Under the pieces are notes generated by a model. It was not told where the DNA came from and ran no database searches. It was given only the letters and a program-made list of their open reading frames with translations. From the IMG/VR virus record IMGVR_UViG_3300021976_000059: a DNA stretch of 29,657 nt, one strand, 5' to 3'. This DNA is from a virus. Lineage: Duplodnaviria; Caudoviricetes. How positions within the stretch are numbered: position 1 is the stretch's first letter; every line of letters starts with the position of its first letter. The position numbers and the translations under genes were made by a program. Shown here one piece after another: positions 6,568 through 14,682 of this stretch.

Positions 6568-7710
6568 TCATCCGGTTTTCGTGCGCTGGGTGGGGAAGTT
6601 CGCAGCTCGCTGGAGCAGCTGACCCGCGGAGCTCTCGGGAGCCGGAGCCGGCACCGGCGCATCGTCGGCGAGCACGATGAGAGGCGGCTCGGGTGACACG
6701 GGACGTTCCATGTCGGTGGCCGACGGAGACCGATCGGCGCCGGCGCCAGCCGCAAGGACATCGGCGAGCAGCTCCACGAATCGAGGCGGAAGCTCCATGC
6801 CAGAAGGGATCTGAGCGGCTGCGGATGCGACGTCGACAACGCCATAGCGGCCCACGAGGTCGTAGAGCTGTTCAGCTGGCCAGCCCTTCAGGAACGGGCG
6901 CCGGCCGGCTTGGCCGACGCACCGGGTCAGCACGGCTCCACGAGCCTTCTCCTCATCCGGTGTCAGCTGCCGCTTCCGACCGCTGTCGATGTTCACCACC
7001 GGAGCCGGCGACGAGTCGGAAGAAGAGGAGTCCGTATCGCGTGAACAACTAGATATCTCCTCTTCTTCACGACTGCCCTGATTTGGCGCGCGCCCCAGCG
7101 CGCGCGACTCGGATATGGCGCGCGCCCCAGCGCGCGCCACTTCCTTTGGGTCAGCACCTATTACCGGTTTGGCGCGCGCCTCACCGCGCGCCATTGCCGC
7201 CTTGACTGCCCTTTGACCCCTTTCGTCATTGGGGTGGCGCGCGGTGAGGCGCGCGCCAATAGCGGTATGGCGCGCGCTGGGGCGCGCGCCGAAAATGTCA
7301 ATCGGGTCTTCGCTTATCCGCCATTTCCAATCGCTCAAGAGCTCACCGACCCGCGCGATTGAATGACGCCAACGGACTTCCCACTCCCACCAACGTGGGT
7401 TCACCCGGTACCAGAACTGGCTGCTGCTGCCGCCACCGTCATCGCGATCGAGCACACGGGCCGAGACCAGCTCGGTCAGCGGCCTGCGCGCCCACTTCAC
7501 CCCGGTCAGCTCGGCGAGCTCGTCTCCGCCAAGCCAGGTGCCCTCGGGAAAGCTCACGAGCAGGGTGACGATCCCCCACTTCTGAGGCGACTGCTCTGCT
7601 GTCATCGGCATCAGCACCGCCCAGTCGGAAGGTGCCATCGGTTCGTCCGCGAACATTCCACGAGAAGTTAATCCCTTCGCTTGGGGAAGGGGTGTGATAC
7701 CGTCCCTCAC
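6568..7710 (-). CDS. Putative replication initiator (N-terminal wHTH, iteron-containing linker)
   Basis: GDELAELTGV...LTELVSARVL...YRVNPRWWEW resembles lambda-O-type N-domains. Internal iteron array. Ser/Glu-rich linker. Start uncertain. Confidence 0.75.
   Translation of the reverse strand: MRDGITPLPQAKGLTSRGMFADEPMAPSDWAVLMPMTAEQSPQKWGIVTLLVSFPEGTWLGGDELAELTGVKWARRPLTELVSARVLDRDDGGGSSSQFWYRVNPRWWEWEVRWRHSIARVGELLSDWKWRISEDPIDIFGARPSARHTAIGARLTARHPNDERGQRAVKAAMARGEARAKPVIGADPKEVARAGARAISESRALGRAPNQGSREEEEISSCSRDTDSSSSDSSPAPVVNIDSGRKRQLTPDEEKARGAVLTRCVGQAGRRPFLKGWPAEQLYDLVGRYGVVDVASAAAQIPSGMELPPRFVELLADVLAAGAGADRSPSATDMERPVSPEPPLIVLADDAPVPAPAPESSAGQLLQRAANFPTQRTKTG
7084..7290. repeat. Iteron array / putative replication origin
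   Basis: Five copies of TGGCGCGCG-N6-CGCGCG(CCA) at 7084, 7116, 7170, 7235 and 7268. The last two are inverted relative to the first three. Confidence 0.85.
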
Positions 7711-7810
7711 GCATGGTGCGGGAGCGTGGCGGCGGCGGAGGCATGGGGACCCAGGGTCAGTGGGTTCCGCTTCGTGTCGTCGTGGCGCTGGGTACCGCCC
7801 GCGCCGGTGA

Positions 7811-7963
7811 GGGCCGGACGGTCAGCGGGGCCGTCCGGCCCGTGCACCTGGGTCCACCCTTCGGCCGGCCTCTGGTCGCGGAGGGTAGCGATGTTCTCCG
7901 ATGGGGGGCGGGTTCGGCAACCGCCTCGTCGGGCCTGTCCCCCATCGGTGCTCTCGGCCGGCC
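7811..7963. promoter_or_regulatory. Hairpin-rich non-coding region upstream of the initiator
   Basis: Perfect 11-bp stem 7811-7821/7831-7841. 10-bp stem 7898-7907/7939-7948 enclosing an inner hairpin. Confidence 0.5.
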
Positions 7964-8075
7964 CCGTGCCATCGCGGCTGGCCGAGCAAGTGCCGAGGTG
8001 GGCCGTCGGCCGGTTACGCCCCGCCCGACCGGCCCCCTCGGCACGCCCATGGTCGTCGACCTGTCCGGGGGCGCG

Positions 8076-8129
8076 GCGTGTGTAGAGCGCGCACACTCTC
8101 GGTGGCCATGTGTGTGCGCAGCGTGTGTA
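8076..8129. promoter_or_regulatory. Putative operator array in the divergent control region
   Basis: GCGTGTGTA at 8076 and 8121. Inverted pair GCGCACAC (8089) and GTGTGCGC (8112). Upstream of an RHH gene. Confidence 0.5.
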
Positions 8130-8264
8130 TGCGCGGCTGACCCGCTGGTCGTCGCCCCTGATGCGGTGTCGGTGCGGAGCGCGCGCTGGGTGGGCGCTCT
8201 GGTGCCGTGGCGTAGGTGGTCCCACCCTGAGTGTGAGAGACCACGACACAGGGAGGGCGACGCG

Positions 8265-8774
8265 ATGCCCAGGGTGAACGTGTATCTACCCGACACCGTG
8301 CTCGAGACGCTGGACGCACTGCGGCGCGAGCGACCGACCTTCAACCTCTCGAAGCTCCTGCAGCAGGCGATCGAGGAGGCCGAGAACTGCCGGCACGATC
8401 AGCTGGCGTGCGCCCGTTGCGGCTGCCAGGTCGACCACCAGTACCTGCTGTCCCACGGCATCACCCACTTCTACAACGACGCCCACCTCGCCGTCGGGGA
8501 GCTGGTGCTACGGGGCGGCGGCACCGCTGAGGGCGCCCAGCGCGTCCTCCAGGACGTCGCCAAGCTCTGGCACGGCCACGGCCTCGTGCACTGGGACGCC
8601 GCCCACGCGCCGCTCAACCGGCCATCGCGGTCGGTCCGCGAGGCCATCTGGGAACGCCGCCACCAAGGCCGGCCGATCATGCCCACCACGCACGGGCAGC
8701 TCGCCGACGACAGCCGCCGGGCTGCGCAGGCGAAGGCTGCGCAGGCGAAGGCCCGAGACGAGGAGATCGCATGA
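8265..8774 (+). CDS. Ribbon-helix-helix regulator with Cys motif
   Basis: MPRVNVYLPDTV...NLSKLLQQAIEE (RHH) followed by C-H...CARC. SD GGGAGG. Confidence 0.85.
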   Translation: MPRVNVYLPDTVLETLDALRRERPTFNLSKLLQQAIEEAENCRHDQLACARCGCQVDHQYLLSHGITHFYNDAHLAVGELVLRGGGTAEGAQRVLQDVAKLWHGHGLVHWDAAHAPLNRPSRSVREAIWERRHQGRPIMPTTHGQLADDSRRAAQAKAAQAKARDEEIA

Positions 8775-9595
8775 CCATGACCGACTCTCCCACCACGCCC
8801 GCCGGCGACCGTCCGAAGGTCGTGCATCAGCTGCGCCGGGCCCGGCAGCTCGCCGACCTCCTGGCCGTCACCTACCCGAACCCGGCCGAGGCGCTGGCCG
8901 CGGCCGAGGTCCTGCCTCGCGACGGTTGGGCGGTCGTCGCCCAACACGCCCGCCTCACCGCGCCGTCGCCCGATACCGCGCTCCTTGCCATCGAGCTGCT
9001 GCGCCACGATCACGACGACGTCCTCTCCGATGCCCGACGACCCAAGGAGCCCGAGGTCCATCAGGCGTGCGGTCACGCGCACCGCCTCAACGACGAGTGC
9101 CCGGTGCCACCGGACAGCGCGCGGGGCCTGCTGCAGCGGGCGCTGTACTCGACCTCGACCGACCCGGAGCGGGCCCTGGACCGCCTGTGCGCCGTGCACC
9201 AGCTGCAGGGGCGGCTGAACGACGAAGAGTCGGAGGCGGTGCTGGGCGCCCGCATGGCGGGCTGCACCTGGATCCAGATGGGCGAGGCGATCGGCTCGAC
9301 CAGGATGCTGGCCCGGGCCCGCTGGGCCGCCATGGTGCGCCGCTTCGAGGCGGCCGGGATGCTGCGCCCCGAGCAGCTGCCGCCGCCGGTGCCGCCTCGC
9401 GACCCGACCGCTGGAGCCCTCAACGACGCGCGGTCGTGGTGCCGGTGGTGCGGGCACCGCATCGTCCTCGATGGGAGTTCCGGGAGTGTCGCCGACAGTT
9501 GGGCGCACCACGTGCTCGACGGCGGCGCTCGCCACGACGGCCTGATCGACGTCGACTGCCCCGGCCCTGAGCCTTGGCCGGCCCAGGAGGACTGA
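8771..9595 (+). CDS. Hypothetical protein with HTH-like segment
   Basis: ARMAGCTWIQMGEAIGSTRMLARARW plus CRWC. ATGA overlap with SD GAGGAG. Confidence 0.8.
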   Translation: MTMTDSPTTPAGDRPKVVHQLRRARQLADLLAVTYPNPAEALAAAEVLPRDGWAVVAQHARLTAPSPDTALLAIELLRHDHDDVLSDARRPKEPEVHQACGHAHRLNDECPVPPDSARGLLQRALYSTSTDPERALDRLCAVHQLQGRLNDEESEAVLGARMAGCTWIQMGEAIGSTRMLARARWAAMVRRFEAAGMLRPEQLPPPVPPRDPTAGALNDARSWCRWCGHRIVLDGSSGSVADSWAHHVLDGGARHDGLIDVDCPGPEPWPAQED

Positions 9596-10023
9596 TGGTC
9601 GAGCAGCTGAACGAGACGGCCTGCAGCCTCGCCGGCGAGCACGGTACCACCGCGATCTACGCGTATCCCCTCCCTGACCCCCCAGGAGAGTGCATGAACC
9701 AGACCACCAACGACGACGTCATCGACCGCGCCCAGGCGTACCTCAAGGGTTACGACGACGAACGCCGCCGCATCGTCGAATCCGGCGGCGCCGGCGTCGA
9801 GCCCCACCACGTGACGCTCATCTCCGAGCTCGTCGACGAGGTCCAGGCCCTGCGCTGGGGCACCTCCTCCCCCGCCGCCAGCACCTCCCCCGTGGTCGAC
9901 GGCCAGACCTCGATCGACGACCACCTCGACGACCCCGACGACTACGGCGCCTGCGCGCGCCGCCACCGCGAGAACCAGCTCGCCGTCCGGGCCCGCGAAG
10001 CACTGGCTGGGGGGTGCTCGTGA
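9595..10023 (+). CDS. Hypothetical protein (alternative start 9694)
   Basis: TGATG coupling with SD AGGAGG. A second SD AGGAGA precedes ATG 9694. Confidence 0.75.
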   Translation: MVEQLNETACSLAGEHGTTAIYAYPLPDPPGECMNQTTNDDVIDRAQAYLKGYDDERRRIVESGGAGVEPHHVTLISELVDEVQALRWGTSSPAASTSPVVDGQTSIDDHLDDPDDYGACARRHRENQLAVRAREALAGGCS

Positions 10024-10850
10024 CGCCGGCGTTCGAGGACGTGCCGCCGGCGTCGCTGTGGCCGGGGTTCAGCGTCGACAACCAGGGCATGTGGTGGCAG
10101 CTGCGCTGCATCAACTGCACCAAGGCGACGTCGCTGGCATCCATGAACGAGCCGTTGATCGACCAGCTGGTGCGCGAGCACCAGTGCGGGCCCCCACTGA
10201 GCACCCACTGGCGGGAAGGCGTGAGCCTCGGCGCCGCCCGCGCACGGGCGTTGACCTCGTACGCCATGGACGTCGAGCAGATGGCCAACGGGCTCGGCGC
10301 GGAACCCGACGTTCGAGCCGCGCTCGACCGGTTGGGCGCGGCGGTCGAGTCGCATCGCCAGGCTGCTGACGACATCGTCGAGCGCTACGACCGGTACGCC
10401 CGGCAGTCGCTGGGCGTCGGCATGAGCGACGACCGCATGCCGACGATCTGCCCCAGCTGCAGCGAGGCGATCCCAGCGGCCGAGTACATGGAGCACCGCC
10501 GCCGCTGCCAGGCCGACGTCGTGGCCGACAACCAGCGCCTCAGTCTCGGCGCCGAGCCGCTCGACGCCCGCCGGACGGTCAGCGACCCCGAGAACATCGT
10601 CGAGATCTCGGTCGCGGAGGTGTGCCGCCTGGGGGCGTTGGGCTTGCCCCGTCAACCGGTCACCGGCGCTCTGCCGGTCGGTGTCGTGTGGGCGCCCGGA
10701 GCGATGTGCCTGAGCCACCTCGTCGACCAGCGCAGAGACGGCCGGCTCGTTGAGCAGCTCGGCCTCGACGAGGTGGGCGTGGTGGTCTACGCCTGGACCG
10801 ACATCGCCGCGTGTGGCGAGTGTCCCGCCGGGCCCGAGGCGAGGCCATGA
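10020..10850 (+). CDS. Multi-zinc-finger hypothetical protein
   Basis: CINC...HQC, CPSC...HRRRC and C..H...CGEC. GTGA overlap. Confidence 0.75.
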   Translation: MTPAFEDVPPASLWPGFSVDNQGMWWQLRCINCTKATSLASMNEPLIDQLVREHQCGPPLSTHWREGVSLGAARARALTSYAMDVEQMANGLGAEPDVRAALDRLGAAVESHRQAADDIVERYDRYARQSLGVGMSDDRMPTICPSCSEAIPAAEYMEHRRRCQADVVADNQRLSLGAEPLDARRTVSDPENIVEISVAEVCRLGALGLPRQPVTGALPVGVVWAPGAMCLSHLVDQRRDGRLVEQLGLDEVGVVVYAWTDIAACGECPAGPEARP

Positions 10851-11542
10851 GCGTCTCCGATATGGAGCTGGTCAGCCGGGTGCGCGACGGCCACGAAGCG
10901 GCGTTCAGCGAGTTGTTCGTGCGACACAAGGCCGTGGCCCGGCGGATCGCGTTGACCTACTGGTGCCCGGGCGACCCCGACGATCTGGTCAACGAGGCCT
11001 TCGAGAAGGTGCTGGCCGCGACCCGCCGCGGCGCGGGCCCGACCGAAGCGTTCCGCGCCTACCTGCTGGCGACGCTGCGGCGGCTGGCCGCCGACCACGC
11101 CGAGGCGCCCCGGGATGAGCCCCTCGACGACATCCCCCCTGGGGCGGCGGCCGCTCCCCCACTGCCCGACGTCGGCGACCGTGACCTGATCACCCGGGCG
11201 TTCGAGTCGCTGCCCGACCGCTGGCAGGCCGTGCTCTGGTACACGGCCGTCGAGGGCCGCAACCCCCGCGAGCTGGCCCCGCTGCTGGGCGTGTCGCCCA
11301 ACGCCGTGGCCGCTCTCGCCTACCGGGCCCGGGAGCACCTGCGCCGGGCGTTCCTCCAGGCGCACCTCCAGACCTGGGCCCGGCCGCAGTGCGAGCCCCA
11401 CCGGTCGCTCCTCGGCGCCTACGTGCGCGACGGGCAGAGCCGCCGGGTGCGGGCCGCGACACAGCGTCACCTCGACGACTGCGCGGTCTGCCGTGGCCTC
11501 GTGGCCGAGCTGACCGACATCGACTCGATGCTCGTCGGATGA
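10847..11542 (+). CDS. ECF sigma-70 factor fused to a zinc-binding anti-sigma (zf-HC2) domain
   Basis: Region 2 (AFSELFVRH...DDLVNEAFEKV...FRAYL), region 4 (AFESLPDRWQAVLW...ELAPLLGVSPNAV..LAYRAR) and C...HLDDCAVC. Confidence 0.92.
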   Translation: MSVSDMELVSRVRDGHEAAFSELFVRHKAVARRIALTYWCPGDPDDLVNEAFEKVLAATRRGAGPTEAFRAYLLATLRRLAADHAEAPRDEPLDDIPPGAAAAPPLPDVGDRDLITRAFESLPDRWQAVLWYTAVEGRNPRELAPLLGVSPNAVAALAYRAREHLRRAFLQAHLQTWARPQCEPHRSLLGAYVRDGQSRRVRAATQRHLDDCAVCRGLVAELTDIDSMLVG

Positions 11543-12399
11543 GCCTCGTCCTCAACGACCACCGGCAGCCGGGCCCGGCCAGCGGCCAGGACGACGAGTG
11601 GGCGTCGCCGGAAGAGCGCAAGGCGGCCGCCCAGGCGGCGGCCGAGGCGGCAGCGGCCGCCGGCACTCCCCTCTCCGGGGCCGAGCTCGGCCGCCGGTTC
11701 GACATCCCTGAGCGCACGGCACGCAACTGGCTGACCGCCTGGGCCCGCGACACCGGCATGCCGCGGCCGGCCACCGGCAACCCCCAGCGGCCGCCGGCCG
11801 GCCATGACCAGGGCCCCGGCCCGGCCACCGGCAACGGCCATGCCGGCCGGCCACCGGCAACGGCCATGCCGGCCGGCCACCGGCAACCCCTGGCGCCGGC
11901 CACCGGCAACACGACCGGCTTGCCGGCCGGCCGCGGCCGAGCCCTGCCGGCCGCCGGCCATCGGCCGACCCGGGCCGTTGCTGGCCACGCCCGGCCGGCG
12001 GCGCCGGCCATGACCGCGGCAATGACGCTGTGGCTGCGGTGGCTGGCGACGGTGGCCGTCGTGCTGGTGGCCGGGGTGGCCGCGGCCACGTCCTACGAGC
12101 ACCAGCACGAGCTGCTCCTGATGGTCGGCGAGACCGGCTGGCGGGCCCGGCTGCTGCCGCTGAGCGTCGACGGGCTCATGGTCGCGGCATCGCTGTGCCT
12201 GCTGGTGCGCCGCAACACCGGCAAGCCCGCCCGGCTCGCCTGGCTCGGCCTCGTGCTGGGCGGCGTCGTCTCGGTGGCCGCCAACATCGCCACCGCCGAG
12301 CCGACGATCGTGGGCCGCCTCGTCGCCGCCTGGCCGCCCATCGCCTTCGCGCTGGCCTACGAGCTGCTCATGCAGCTCCGCACCGAGGGCGACCAATGA
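11539..12399 (+). CDS. DUF2637-family membrane protein with N-terminal HTH
   Basis: AAATSYEH...LLPLSVDGLMVAAS...SVAANIATAEPT..GRLVAAWPP.A..LAYELL. N-terminal LSGAELGRRFDIPERTARNW. Confidence 0.88.
   Translation: MSLVLNDHRQPGPASGQDDEWASPEERKAAAQAAAEAAAAAGTPLSGAELGRRFDIPERTARNWLTAWARDTGMPRPATGNPQRPPAGHDQGPGPATGNGHAGRPPATAMPAGHRQPLAPATGNTTGLPAGRGRALPAAGHRPTRAVAGHARPAAPAMTAAMTLWLRWLATVAVVLVAGVAAATSYEHQHELLLMVGETGWRARLLPLSVDGLMVAASLCLLVRRNTGKPARLAWLGLVLGGVVSVAANIATAEPTIVGRLVAAWPPIAFALAYELLMQLRTEGDQ
11767..11910 (+). repeat. Five perfect copies of CCGGCCACCGGCAAC
   Basis: Copies at 11767, 11821, 11847, 11873 and 11896. The middle three form a 26-nt tandem unit. Confidence 0.9.
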
Positions 12400-12587
12400 C
12401 CGCGACGTTGGTGGTCGTGCTCTTCGCCTTGTTCTGTTGCGCGATGGCCCTGTGGGTCATCCTCGCCGACCGCAACTGGCAGCCACCCACACGGACCGGC
12501 CGCCTGGACCCGCTCGCCGGCATGACCGACGCCGCCCTCGACCTCGTGCGCCAGGCGAACCGCCGGCAGCCGGGATCTACGCGTTGA
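12396..12587 (+). CDS. Small membrane protein (63 aa)
   Basis: N-terminal hydrophobic helix. ATGA overlap. Confidence 0.7.
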   Translation: MTATLVVVLFALFCCAMALWVILADRNWQPPTRTGRLDPLAGMTDAALDLVRQANRRQPGSTR

Positions 12588-12897
12588 CCGGGTGGTGGGG
12601 GTCGGCCTTCATCTCGGCTGCGATGCGGAGCCGGCCTCGGAGGCTCTCGATGAGGTGGGTGGCGCAGTCCAGGGTGAGGTGCAGGGCGCGGCCGCCGGTG
12701 TCGTCGATGACGTCAATCAGGTAGGTGTTGGTGGCCCGGTCGGCGTCGAGGCTGCCGTCGTTGACCTCGACCCGGAGGAGTACCCGGAGGTCCTCGACCC
12801 AACGTGGCGGCGCGGCGCGAGGGACGGGGCCGTGCACGGTGGGCTCGTCGTGCTGTGTACCGGTGTCGGTCGGATCGCCGTGGTGGTTGCTCGCCAT
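12577..12897 (-). CDS. Hypothetical protein divergent from the XRE regulator (106 aa)
   Basis: Globular C-terminal half. CAGACT -10-like hexamer 8 nt before the ATG suggests a leaderless start. Confidence 0.65.
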   Translation of the reverse strand: MASNHHGDPTDTGTQHDEPTVHGPVPRAAPPRWVEDLRVLLRVEVNDGSLDADRATNTYLIDVIDDTGGRALHLTLDCATHLIESLRGRLRIAAEMKADPHHPVNA

Positions 12898-13014
12898 GGT
12901 TGGCCAGTCTGAGCGTCGTGCCGGCAGCCGACCACGGAGCGGGCGCAGCGTGGGCTCCGCGTTGGCTCCGCATCGTGGCCCCTGACCTGCACGAATCGCC
13001 CTAAGGTGGGTGTC
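12898..13014. promoter_or_regulatory. Divergent promoter/operator region
   Basis: TAAGGT 7 nt before GTG 13015. Tandem GGCTCCGC repeats and an inverted CGGAGC. Confidence 0.5.
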
Positions 13015-14259
13015 GTGGCACGGCGAAGCCGTCTGGCGGCGGCTCGGAAGGCGGCGGGGTTGACCCAGGAGCAGCTCGCCGAGGCGCTCAAGGTCGACCG
13101 CACCACGCCTGGCCGCTGGGAGCAGGGCGTGTCGCCACCGCAGGCGTGGCAGCGCCCGGCACTCGCACGGGCGCTGAACGTGTCGCTGGCCGAGCTCGAC
13201 GACCTGCTGGTCGAGGACCTGCCGGAGGTCGGCTCGGACTGGACGACGGTGACCCCGCCGGCGCTCGACGACATCGAGGCGATCGAGCTGATCCGCCGCG
13301 CCGAGATCTCCGACGTCGGCGCCTCGACCATGGCCGCGGTAGAGACCGGCGCCGATCTGCTCTGCAGGTCGTACACGTCGACGCCACCAGCGGAGCTGCT
13401 GGTGCCGCTGCGGGCGTACCGGGCCTACACCGTCGGGCTGCTCGAGGGGCGCGCCACCCTCGGGCAGCGACGTCAGCTCACCGTCACCGCCGGGTGGTTG
13501 TCGCTGCTCACCGCGATCTGCCACATCGATCTACACCAGTACCGGGCCGCCGCCTTGAACCTCGAGGCCGCCCGCACCATGGCGGTCGAGACCGACGAGC
13601 CGCAGCTCGTCGCCTGGGTGCTCGAGACGCAGGCATGGCAGACACTCACCGACGGCCACTACCGCGATGCCCTGGAGTACTGCCAGGCCGGCCGCGAGCT
13701 CGTGACCGCCGGGACATCAGCGCATGTGCAGCTCGCCGTGCAGGAGGCCCGGGCCTCCGCGCGGCTCGAGCTCGTGACCGACACCCACCGGCTGCTCGAG
13801 GCGGCCGCCGCGTCGCTCGACCGGATGGGACAGCCGGAGCACCCCGAGCACCACTTCCAGTTCGACCCCCGCAAGCTCGTCGGCTACACCGCCACCACCC
13901 TCGCCTGGCTCGGCGACGACCACGCCGCCGCCGAGGCCGCCGCCCGCCTCGCGGTCGACCAGTACGACGTCGACGCCATCGACGGCCGGTGGGCGCGGCG
14001 CCTCGCGCTCGCCCGCATCGACCTCGCCCTGGTGCTCGCCGGCGCCGACCAGCCCGACGAAGCCGTCCACCTCACCGGCCTCGCCCTCGACTCCGGGCGC
14101 ATGGTCACCTCCAACCTGTGGCGGCTCACCGAGCTCGACCACCGGCTGACCGGCCGCTACGGCCGCACAGCGGACGTCGTCGACATCCACGACCGCTACA
14201 TCGACCTCCACCGCCAGCTCGTCGGCACCCCTCCCCGAGGGGCGCTCGGCCCCGCCTGA
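13015..14259 (+). CDS. XRE-family HTH regulator with long helical (TPR-like) C-terminal domain
   Basis: LAAARKAAGLTQEQLAEALKVDRTTPGRWEQG followed by Ala/Leu-rich helical repeats typical of actinobacterial mobile-element regulators. Confidence 0.9.
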   Translation: MARRSRLAAARKAAGLTQEQLAEALKVDRTTPGRWEQGVSPPQAWQRPALARALNVSLAELDDLLVEDLPEVGSDWTTVTPPALDDIEAIELIRRAEISDVGASTMAAVETGADLLCRSYTSTPPAELLVPLRAYRAYTVGLLEGRATLGQRRQLTVTAGWLSLLTAICHIDLHQYRAAALNLEAARTMAVETDEPQLVAWVLETQAWQTLTDGHYRDALEYCQAGRELVTAGTSAHVQLAVQEARASARLELVTDTHRLLEAAAASLDRMGQPEHPEHHFQFDPRKLVGYTATTLAWLGDDHAAAEAAARLAVDQYDVDAIDGRWARRLALARIDLALVLAGADQPDEAVHLTGLALDSGRMVTSNLWRLTELDHRLTGRYGRTADVVDIHDRYIDLHRQLVGTPPRGALGPA

Positions 14260-14301
14260 CGGGGCCCCCACGTCGCCGCCGGCGTCAGTATCCGGACGCG
14301 A

Positions 14302-14355
14302 CGATGCCCCGCCGACTTCGCCGGGTTAGGGGCCGGGTCCGTCGACGGGGCATCG
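14302..14355 (-). terminator. Long hairpin between convergent operons
   Basis: 15-bp stem 14302-14316/14341-14355. Its single mismatch is a G-U pair only in the minus-strand (late) transcript. Confidence 0.6.
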
Positions 14356-14403
14356 CACGCTTGTGGTTCGAGCGCCGAGAGGGGGCTCAAGGCACCCCGA
14401 ATC

Positions 14404-14652
14404 CTACGTTGGGGGTGGCAGCAGGCCGCGCTCTTCGGTCGGTACGGCGGTGACCCGGCGGACGGCCCTGGACGCGATCAGCAGCACCGAGGTGACCGCC
14501 GCGCCGATGGCCGCGGCGTTGTCCTGCCAGCCGTCGGGCAACGAGGGGGTGACCTCGGCGACGAAGGCGTTGAAGAGCACGGCGAGGCCGGTGACGAGGG
14601 TGACGACCGAGGTGGCCACCGCGGTGATGCGGCGGGTGAGGTCAGGGAGCAC
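14404..14652 (-). CDS. Putative holin (2 TM)
   Basis: Two hydrophobic helices, basic tail RRVT.V, SD AGGAGG, lysis-module position. Confidence 0.75.
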   Translation of the reverse strand: MLPDLTRRITAVATSVVTLVTGLAVLFNAFVAEVTPSLPDGWQDNAAAIGAAVTSVLLIASRAVRRVTAVPTEERGLLPPPT

Positions 14653-14682
14653 GGGGGTTTCCTCCTGGGGGGAGCGATCAGG

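Noticed and set aside
8720-8752. 15-nt tandem duplication (AAQAK twice)
   Set aside because: In-frame slippage in a low-complexity tail with no sign of function.
11767-11910. Repeat array as a mini-CRISPR
   Set aside because: Repeats are only 15 nt, two spacers are identical and most are 8-11 nt, the array is inside a gene, and there are no cas genes.
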